Shown here piece by piece: positions 57,238-64,000 of a DNA stretch of 64,000 nucleotides. Each line of letters starts with the position of its first letter. Positions within the stretch are counted from its first letter, which is position 1. The notes beneath the pieces were generated by a model. It ran no database searches. It was not told where the DNA came from and saw only the letters and a program-made list of their open reading frames with translations. The position numbers were made by a program, and so were the translations under genes. The DNA comes from Rhizobacter sp. (GTDB lineage: Bacteria; Pseudomonadota; Gammaproteobacteria; Burkholderiales; Burkholderiaceae_C): NCBI GenBank assembly GCA_050916095.1, contig CP050901.1:1655474-1719473 (forward strand). The letters run 5' to 3'.

Positions 57238-59373
57238 TCAGGTGGTTGAATGTTCCAGGCCATCTTTCATGCCCTGGTGGCGCAACAAAGCGTCAATGCT
57301 GGGTTCGCGGCCGCGAAAGGCTTTGAAACTTTCCATGGCGGGGCGGCTGCCGCCGACTTCCAGCACGGTTTGCATGTAGCGGCGTCCGGTGTTGACACTC
57401 AGGATGCCGTCTTGCGGTGCCGACTCTTCGAATGCACTCCACGCATCAGCGCTGAGCACTTCGGCCCACTTGTAACTGTAGTAACCGGCTGAATAGCCAC
57501 CAGAAAAAATGTGCGAGAAGGTGTGCTGGAAGCGGTTGAACTCAGGCGGAGGCAGTACGCCAACCTCGTCGCGCACTTCGGCCAGCACGGCGTTGATGCG
57601 TTTTTCGCTGCCGGGCTCGGCATGCAGGCGCATGTCGAAGAGGGAGAACTCGACCTGTCGCAAGGTTTGCAATCCACTTTGAAAGTTCTTGGCCGCCAGC
57701 ATTTTGTCGAACAGCGTGCGCGGTAGCGCCTCGCCACTGTCTACATGGCTGGTGAGGCGTTTGACCACGTCCCACTCCCAGCAAAAGTTTTCCATGAACT
57801 GGCTGGGCAACTCCACCGCATCCCACTCCACACCGCTGATGCCGGACACACCCACATCGTTGATTTGCGTGAGCATGTGATGCAGGCCGTGGCCAAACTC
57901 ATGGAACAAGGTGGTGACATCGTCGTGGGTGAGTAGCGCTGGGCGCAATTGGCCGTTGACTTCCACAGGCGGCGCGAAGTTGCACACCAGGTGAGCCACG
58001 GGGGTTTGCAGCAAGCCTTCAGGGCGTGCCCAACGCTCGCGCACCCCGTCCATCCATGCGCCAGGCCGCTTGCCTGCGCGTGCGTAAAGATCCAAATAGA
58101 ACTGGCCTACCAAGGTTGCGGGCTGGTCCTGCCCCGCTGCTCGGGGGCGTTCAATGCGGAAGAAACGAACGCTGTCGTGCCAAACGGGCGCGACATCGGG
58201 TTTGATCGACACGCCGAACAATGTTTCGATGATGCGGAACAGCCCTTCAAGCACCTTGGGTTCGGTGAAGTACTGCTTCACCTCTTGTTCACTGAAGGCG
58301 TAACGAGCTTCTTTGAGTTTTTCGCTGGCGTAGCTGATGTCCCAGGCTTGCAGGTCGGGCAGCTTGAGTTCCTCTTTGGCGAAAAGGCGTAACTCGGCCA
58401 AGTCTTTTTCCGCATAGGGGCGGGCTCTGCTGGCCAGGTCGCGCAGAAACTGCATCACTTGTTCCGGGCTGTCGGCCATTTTGGTGGCCAGCGATACCTC
58501 GGCATAGTTGGCGTAGCCGAGCAAACGTGCTTCTTCCTGGCGCTGTGTCAGGAGTTGCTGCATCACCTCGCTGTTGTCGAGTTCCGGTGCGCCTAATTCG
58601 CTGGCTCGGGTGACGTTGGCGCGGTAGATCTGTTCGCGCAAGCTGCGGTCGTGTGCATATTGCAGCACCGGGAAGTAGCTGGGAAAGTGCAGGGTGATTT
58701 TGTAGCCGTCTTTGCCGTCGGCTTGGGCCAATGCAGCCGCGGCTTGTTGTACGTCTGCTGGAACGCCCTGCATTTGTTCAGCGGTGGCATAAAGGCTGAA
58801 TTGGTCGGTGGCGTCGAGGACATGCTCGGAGAATTTTTGGCCCAACTGCGCTTGGGTTTCTTGCAGCTGCGCAAACTTCAGTTTGTCTTCGCCTTGGAGT
58901 TCAGCGCCTGAAAGAACGAAGTCGCGCAGCGCGTTGGACAAAGCTCGTTTGCGCGGGATGGTCAAGGTCGCTGCGTTGGGGTTTTGGGCGACCGCTTTGT
59001 ACTTCGCATACAAACGTTCATCTGCCCCGAGCCGGGTGTAGAACTCTGTGACGCGTGCGAGGTTGTCTGTGTAGGCACTTCTCAATTCTGGGCTGTCAGC
59101 CACCGCGTTGAGGTGGGTGACCATGCCCCAGGCGTGTCCCAGTCGGACAGTGGCCACATCAAGCACCGCGGACAGCGCGTCGTAATCGGCAGCAAAACCG
59201 GGTGCGGTGACCGTCTCCAATGCGGCTGCGGCTTGCGCGAGCAATACATCCAAGGCGGGCCCCACGTGTTCCGGTTTAACCCGAGCGAATGCTGGCAATT
59301 GATTGGCATCGCCCGTGCTGAGCAAGGGGTTGTTGATGGAATCGGATTCGGTGGTGACAGCAGAAGTAGGCAT
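57238..59373 (-). CDS. prlC: oligopeptidase A (M3 family metallopeptidase)
   Basis: 711 aa with HEFGHGLHH zinc motif. Confidence 0.85.
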   Translation of the reverse strand: MPTSAVTTESDSINNPLLSTGDANQLPAFARVKPEHVGPALDVLLAQAAAALETVTAPGFAADYDALSAVLDVATVRLGHAWGMVTHLNAVADSPELRSAYTDNLARVTEFYTRLGADERLYAKYKAVAQNPNAATLTIPRKRALSNALRDFVLSGAELQGEDKLKFAQLQETQAQLGQKFSEHVLDATDQFSLYATAEQMQGVPADVQQAAAALAQADGKDGYKITLHFPSYFPVLQYAHDRSLREQIYRANVTRASELGAPELDNSEVMQQLLTQRQEEARLLGYANYAEVSLATKMADSPEQVMQFLRDLASRARPYAEKDLAELRLFAKEELKLPDLQAWDISYASEKLKEARYAFSEQEVKQYFTEPKVLEGLFRIIETLFGVSIKPDVAPVWHDSVRFFRIERPRAAGQDQPATLVGQFYLDLYARAGKRPGAWMDGVRERWARPEGLLQTPVAHLVCNFAPPVEVNGQLRPALLTHDDVTTLFHEFGHGLHHMLTQINDVGVSGISGVEWDAVELPSQFMENFCWEWDVVKRLTSHVDSGEALPRTLFDKMLAAKNFQSGLQTLRQVEFSLFDMRLHAEPGSEKRINAVLAEVRDEVGVLPPPEFNRFQHTFSHIFSGGYSAGYYSYKWAEVLSADAWSAFEESAPQDGILSVNTGRRYMQTVLEVGGSRPAMESFKAFRGREPSIDALLRHQGMKDGLEHSTT

Positions 59374-60224
59374 CAGCTCAGGCCGCGCTCGGCAGCTTCA
59401 ATGGTGTTGACGAGCAACATCGTAATCGTCATTGGGCCCACACCACCGGGAACAGGGGTAATCGCTGAAGCGATTTGGCTGACGTTTTCAAAGTCCACGT
59501 CGCCACAGAGTTTGCCGTCTGCCTTGCGGTTGATGCCCACGTCAATCACCACAGCGCCAGGTTTGACCATGTCAGCGGTCAGGGTGTTTGGGCGTCCGAC
59601 CGCCGCGACCACCACATCGGCTTGTCGGGTATGAAAACCGATATCGGCGGTGGCGCTGTGACAAACGGTGACCGTGGCGTTGGCCTGCAGCAGCAACAAA
59701 GCCATCGGTTTACCCACGGTGTTGCTGCGGCCGATGACCACCGCATGTTTGCCGCGCAGTTCGATGCCTGTGCTTTCAATCAGTTTCATGCAGCCATAGG
59801 GGGTGCAGGGTCGAAAGCCCGGCAAACCGGTCATGAGTTCTCCTGCGCTGAGGGTGGAGTAACCATCGACGTCTTTGTGGGTGGCGATGGTTTCGATCAC
59901 CTTGTGGGGATTGATGTGTTTGGGCAAAGGCATTTGCACCAAGATGCCGTGAATGCGTGGGTCAGCGTTCAGGGCTTGAATGCGCTCCAGCAGGGCCGCT
60001 TCGCTGAGGTCAGCGTCGTATTTGTCAAATACCGAGTACAGACCGTTGTCTTCGCAGGCTTTGATTTTGTTGCGCACATAGACCTGGCTTGCGGGGTCTT
60101 CCCCGACCAGTATCACGGCCAAGCCGGGTTGGTGGCCTTTTGCAGTCAATGTGGCTGCTCGGTGGGCGATGTCAGTGCGAATCTGTTTGGACAGGGCGTT
60201 GCCGTCGATGAGTTGGGCGGTCAT
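59373..60224 (-). CDS. folD: bifunctional methylenetetrahydrofolate dehydrogenase / methenyl-THF cyclohydrolase
   Basis: Start trimmed to [20 protein letters not shown]. Canonical FolD sequence. Confidence 0.9.
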   Translation of the reverse strand: MTAQLIDGNALSKQIRTDIAHRAATLTAKGHQPGLAVILVGEDPASQVYVRNKIKACEDNGLYSVFDKYDADLSEAALLERIQALNADPRIHGILVQMPLPKHINPHKVIETIATHKDVDGYSTLSAGELMTGLPGFRPCTPYGCMKLIESTGIELRGKHAVVIGRSNTVGKPMALLLLQANATVTVCHSATADIGFHTRQADVVVAAVGRPNTLTADMVKPGAVVIDVGINRKADGKLCGDVDFENVSQIASAITPVPGGVGPMTITMLLVNTIEAAERGLS

Positions 60225-60304
60225 GCAGAATTCCTGAGGTTCAAAAGGACAAAGACTGTTTACCCCTCTGAGGGCAGCGAAAGTTAGTCTTGTCAAGGTC
60301 GATG

Positions 60305-60649
60305 TTAACGAGGGCGGCTGTTTTGAATTTTCTCGATGGCTGGATTGGTCAAACAAAGACCACGATCTTCGTACCAGCCGGGTGCGTCTGGATGTAAAGA
60401 CCGGGACTCATTGGTCGTGACGTCGAGACCCGAAACACATACGTACTGGAAACCAGTTCGGTAAACCTGAACTTTTTTTAAGTCTGCTGTGGCAGTTAGA
60501 TGCACCCAAGCATCATGCGAAAGGTATACGTCAACCAAACGCCCTTCGTACTTCATGTATCGAAAACCATTCCAAGCATAGACTGCCGCCGTGGCAATCA
60601 ATAGCCCAACGGCTATGCGCAGTGCGAGACGTCGTAGGCCGGCTTGCAT
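60305..60649 (-). CDS. small membrane-anchored protein (candidate immunity protein)
   Basis: Start trimmed to [26 protein letters not shown] (TAATG overlap with the upstream amidase gene). One N-terminal TM or signal-anchor segment. Confidence 0.45.
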   Translation of the reverse strand: MQAGLRRLALRIAVGLLIATAAVYAWNGFRYMKYEGRLVDVYLSHDAWVHLTATADLKKVQVYRTGFQYVCVSGLDVTTNESRSLHPDAPGWYEDRGLCLTNPAIEKIQNSRPR

Positions 60650-61089
60650 TAATGCCCCGAGCCTTCCCAGCGTCTGAATGTTGGGGCTTGGCCTTTGCGA
60701 GAACCCCAATCGTTCACAACAACCACCGATGAAGTAGCCGATGCAGTTTTGCCGGGCGCCACAACAATGGCTGCATGCCCCGTGTAGGTGTCATGTCCTG
60801 GTGGCTCTATCGCGACAATGTCTCCTGGCAGCGCGGGTTCACCCGAGCCCAATACTCTCCAGCCCGCAATTGCCGTAGCCTTACTTGCCCATATAGATGC
60901 AGTGATAGGGCGTGCGCCCAGCGGGCCTCCATTCGTGTACGGCACTACCGCGCCCGCTGCATTGGTTACCTCAGCAAAAAACAAGTCGCACTTATTGGTG
61001 AACGGTAGTTGGTTTCCTGTTTGTTTCGAAAATCCCCAATCGGTCCGACTCTCCATCTTTATTGCGAACGTAGCGATACGAACCCGCAC
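60649..61089 (-). CDS. papain-like (Tae4/CHAP/NlpC-P60-like) amidase, candidate peptidoglycan-hydrolase toxin
   Basis: N-proximal Cys (TNKCDLFFAEV) and downstream His (PGHDTYTGHAAIVVAPG). No signal peptide. Paralogous to the next gene. Confidence 0.5.
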   Translation of the reverse strand: MRVRIATFAIKMESRTDWGFSKQTGNQLPFTNKCDLFFAEVTNAAGAVVPYTNGGPLGARPITASIWASKATAIAGWRVLGSGEPALPGDIVAIEPPGHDTYTGHAAIVVAPGKTASATSSVVVVNDWGSRKGQAPTFRRWEGSGH

Positions 61090-61092
61090 TGC

Positions 61093-61608
61093 TCATCCTC
61101 CGCCCAAGACTTTCTTGTCTTCCCTCTCCAGCTTCCAAAACGTGACTTGGCTGAATTTCGTGTCGCTGGCCCAAGGATCCCAGACCGTTTTGTCGCCTTT
61201 GCTCTTCGCACCGGGCCAGGAACCCAGTGAAGTGGACATGGCTGGAGCGTAGTTCCCGCGTGTGCGCAGATTTTCCTGTTTGCCATCTTTTGCATAGGCG
61301 TAACCACCTGCGGGTTTGTCCGGGCCGGGGTAGACCACGATGACATGTCCATGGCCGGTTTCCGTTTTTCCGCCAATGACAAGAGCACCCTCTCGTGCCA
61401 ATCGCCCAATCTCAGACAGGGGTGCTGGTTTCCAGTGCTTTTGACCCTTGACATGCGCCATCAGTGCGTTGGCATCCATCCAAGGTTGATTCGGCAGGTA
61501 CTGCTGAATGACTTGCCAAACTGCGTGACTGCAAGAGTTGGGGTGCATGTCATAGGCTTGGTCGCAAGCTTGCTTGAGCTTGTTGAAGGCGTCTTGGTTC
61601 ACGGACAT
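61093..61608 (-). CDS. Tae4-like papain-fold amidase, candidate T6SS-type effector
   Basis: HPNSCSHAVWQV and GALVIGGKTETGHGHVIVVYPG resemble the Tae4 Cys/His motifs (compare FQNACPIRMSYV / GIIVVKGHGW...GHVTLW in Salmonella Tae4). No signal peptide. Confidence 0.55.
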   Translation of the reverse strand: MSVNQDAFNKLKQACDQAYDMHPNSCSHAVWQVIQQYLPNQPWMDANALMAHVKGQKHWKPAPLSEIGRLAREGALVIGGKTETGHGHVIVVYPGPDKPAGGYAYAKDGKQENLRTRGNYAPAMSTSLGSWPGAKSKGDKTVWDPWASDTKFSQVTFWKLEREDKKVLGGG

Positions 61609-62141
61609 GGGCTCTGTGTAGGTCGGTTAGGGTTGTTGATGGGCCTGTAGCGTTTGGATGGGGCATCCCATTTCAAACTTGGCAAGCTGTAGTTGCCCCC
61701 GATGGCAGGACTCAAAACGTCCAACCGAAGCAGGGTTGGCGTGCCTTGTTTCCAGCCACCAGCGCGAACGACCAACTGATTTGGGGGATCAGAAGGGAAC
61801 AAATGCGGCAGTTGTGCCAAGCACTGGCCTGATGGATCGATGAGCATGGGCAAAGGGAATGATTCCCATGGCGCATCCTTGGGTAGTCCGGCGTAATAGT
61901 CGTCCACAAAAACGCTGAGCAGACTTACCTTGGCGATCTGATTTTGTTGGCGGGTCAACGCACAAAGTCTTGTGGAGCCTCGGTACTTGCTCCAGGACTC
62001 CGGCAAAGCTGTAGATGCATCCACCGGTGTGCACGCGGATGCCTCCAGCGTGATCCATCCCTCAGCCTGTGCAGAGCAAGCAAAGAACGCACTTGCCGCA
62101 GTGCAGATCACCCAAAGAAGACATCTGCGGTGTAATGTCAT
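61599..62141 (-). CDS. secreted/periplasmic protein (signal peptide), possible immunity protein
   Basis: MTLHRRCLLWVICTAASAFFACSAQAEG signal peptide, 180 aa. Overlaps the downstream amidase gene by 10 bp. Confidence 0.5.
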   Translation of the reverse strand: MTLHRRCLLWVICTAASAFFACSAQAEGWITLEASACTPVDASTALPESWSKYRGSTRLCALTRQQNQIAKVSLLSVFVDDYYAGLPKDAPWESFPLPMLIDPSGQCLAQLPHLFPSDPPNQLVVRAGGWKQGTPTLLRLDVLSPAIGGNYSLPSLKWDAPSKRYRPINNPNRPTQSPCP

Positions 62142-62227
62142 GACAGCGATTGTTCCGTGGGTGATGCAGTGGCCACGTGCTTCAAAACTGGCGCAACCTC
62201 GAAATCAGGCCGTCCGTGCGTTCTGCG

Positions 62228-62851
62228 TCAGGCTTTTGCTTGCGCGCCCAACGCAATTTTCAGCAAATCAGCCACCGTGTTGGCGTTGAGCTTTTCCATG
62301 ATGTTGGCGCGGTGGGCTTCAACGGTTTTGATGCTAATGCCAAGGTCGTCGGCGATTTGTTTGTTCAAACGTCCCGCGACGATGCGCTCCAGCACCTGGG
62401 CTTCACGTGTGGTTAAACGTGACAACAAGGCGTCCCGGCTCGCGGCCTCTTGTTGGTTAGAGAACGAAGAGCGAGCCTGGTCGAGCATGCGCTCCACCAA
62501 TCCCAGCAACTCGTCTTCCTTGAACGGCTTTTCAATGAAGTCCATCGCGCCTTTTTTCATGGTCGTGACGGCCATGGGGACATCGCCGTGACCGGTGATG
62601 AAAACCACGGGCAGGGGTGAACGGCGTTCCAACAATTTGTCCTGCAACTCCAGGCCGCTCATGCCATCCATGCGGATGTCCACAATCAGGCAAGCCACTT
62701 CGCGTGAGTCAAATCGCGATAGAAACGACTCGGCGGAATCAAAACACTTCACACGGTAGTCTTTCCCCTCGAGCAACCACTGCAAGGAGTCGCGCACTGC
62801 CTCGTCGTCATCGACGACATAAACAGTGCCTTTTTTCGGAATCAGGCTCAT
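62228..62851 (-). CDS. FixJ/LuxR-family two-component response regulator
   Basis: Receiver domain (VYVVDDDEAVRDSL...DIRMDGMSGLEL) plus C-terminal LuxR HTH. Confidence 0.85.
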   Translation of the reverse strand: MSLIPKKGTVYVVDDDEAVRDSLQWLLEGKDYRVKCFDSAESFLSRFDSREVACLIVDIRMDGMSGLELQDKLLERRSPLPVVFITGHGDVPMAVTTMKKGAMDFIEKPFKEDELLGLVERMLDQARSSFSNQQEAASRDALLSRLTTREAQVLERIVAGRLNKQIADDLGISIKTVEAHRANIMEKLNANTVADLLKIALGAQAKA

Positions 62852-64000
62852 GGGATCTCGGCGGGACGGTGGGCGGGTGGCGAGGGCTCTGCTGAGTCAG
62901 TGAGCTGGGCTATTTGTACAGGCAGCGTGAAACTGAAGCAGCAACCTACAACGGAGTTTGCATTGTAGAGGTTTTGCCCTCTGATACGACCGCGGTGGGA
63001 CTCGATGATCGTTCGGCACAAACTCAGACCGATGCCCAGGCCCTCAGCCTTGGTCGAGAAGAAAGCTTCGTACAGGCGACTGATGACTTCCTCTTTGATG
63101 CCAGGGCCCATGTCAGTGACGCTGAATTCCACCACGCTGCCTTCGTCGTCGCTTCGTTTGGGAACCACACGCAGCTCGATGTTGCGCCGGGCTTTGGGCA
63201 AGCGAGCCATGTCGATGGCTTCTGCCGCATTTTTGAGCAGATTGAGCAGCACCTGCTCGATCAGGATGGGGTCAACCTCCACCACCGGCAGCCGCTGCGC
63301 GACATAGGTGTGGATGGCCACGTGGCGGCGTCGCAACTCGATCCCCGCCAACTCGACCGCGTTGTCCACCATAGACCGTACCTCGGTGGGTTGGCGCTGC
63401 GGTTCGCTTCGCTTCACAAAAGCGCGAATGCGGTGAATGATTTGCCCCGCCCGCTGCGCTTGGCGCGAAGTTTTCTCCAAGGCAGCAATCAGGTCATCGG
63501 TTTCAATCGCACCCGAACGCACGCGTGACACCATCCCATTGCAGTAGTTGGTGATGGCAGTGAGCGGTTGGTTCAATTCATGCGCGACCGATGACGCCAT
63601 TTCGCCCATCGTGACCAATCGACTGGTGACCTGCGCTTTTTCCGCTTGTTGAGCTGCCAAACTTTCTGCGGAGCGGCGTGCGGTGATGTCAGTGGCGATC
63701 AACATTTGCACCAAACGGCCATCCGTCCACTGCAAATACCGAGCGCGAACATCAAACCATTTGTTCAGTGTGGCGACAAATACTTCCCTCGTGTCCGACC
63801 CCGCTTCGGTGAGTTCTTGCGTGGGCAGCCCGCCGAGGTTGTCAACTTCATCGTCGGACTCCGCGGGTAGCGCGGCCAATTTCGGGTCGTCGCCGGCCAG
63901 CATGGCGTGGCCGTTGGCATCGGCGCCGAACCACAAGCGGTAGGAGCGGTTGGCAAACAGCAACTCGCCTTGTTGAACTGCTTGTACGGAAACGGCGGCG
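62848..64000 (-). CDS. FixL-like PAS sensor histidine kinase (N-terminus lies beyond the window)
   Basis: HisKA H-box (SVAHELNQPLTAI) and HATPase_c motifs, upstream PAS segment. Probably continues past 64000. Confidence 0.8.
   Translation of the reverse strand, partial: AAVSVQAVQQGELLFANRSYRLWFGADANGHAMLAGDDPKLAALPAESDDEVDNLGGLPTQELTEAGSDTREVFVATLNKWFDVRARYLQWTDGRLVQMLIATDITARRSAESLAAQQAEKAQVTSRLVTMGEMASSVAHELNQPLTAITNYCNGMVSRVRSGAIETDDLIAALEKTSRQAQRAGQIIHRIRAFVKRSEPQRQPTEVRSMVDNAVELAGIELRRRHVAIHTYVAQRLPVVEVDPILIEQVLLNLLKNAAEAIDMARLPKARRNIELRVVPKRSDDEGSVVEFSVTDMGPGIKEEVISRLYEAFFSTKAEGLGIGLSLCRTIIESHRGRIRGQNLYNANSVVGCCFSFTLPVQIAQLTDSAEPSPPAHRPAEIP

Overview
This is a high-GC betaproteobacterial (Comamonadaceae-like) chromosomal window dominated by iron uptake and storage genes, sulfur assimilation and housekeeping genes. 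It is interrupted by mobile DNA.

Key content:
- Fur-type iron clusters: imelysin/DUF1111/imelysin/DUF1513 with a TonB-dependent receptor; tonB-exbB-exbD; and DUF3649-PepSY-DUF3325-DUF4198. Two of these operons share a conserved leader hairpin.
- Two 100%-identical 1294-bp IS3-family copies in inverted orientation at 14940-16233 and 38029-39322. Each has its own target-site duplication. One splits the bacterioferritin gene at codon 9; the other splits a hypothetical gene.
- The 21.8 kb between the IS copies holds bfd-hemP, a repeat-rich non-coding stretch, two tyrosine recombinases plus an excisionase-like gene next to tRNA-Asn (an island remnant), and a second TonB-dependent receptor.
- It also holds the most unusual feature: a roughly 10.7-kb single-strand operon, DUF2170 - PspA/IM30 - hyp - NfeD(YqiJ) - flotillin(YqiK) - TerB-like - 1741-aa AAA+ ATPase - PLD-family nuclease. 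I cannot match this to any named defense or stress system from sequence alone.
- Elsewhere: cysH/D/N, cobA, sulfite reductase, DUF934, fdxA, FNR, NnrU, patatin, phasin, HDAC-like, nitroreductase, an NhaD-like antiporter, a frameshifted 2-hydroxyacid dehydrogenase, rmuC, MFS, prlC and folD.
- Near the right edge: a tandem pair of Tae4/CHAP-like amidase toxin candidates with signal-peptide neighbours, and a FixL/FixJ-like two-component pair.
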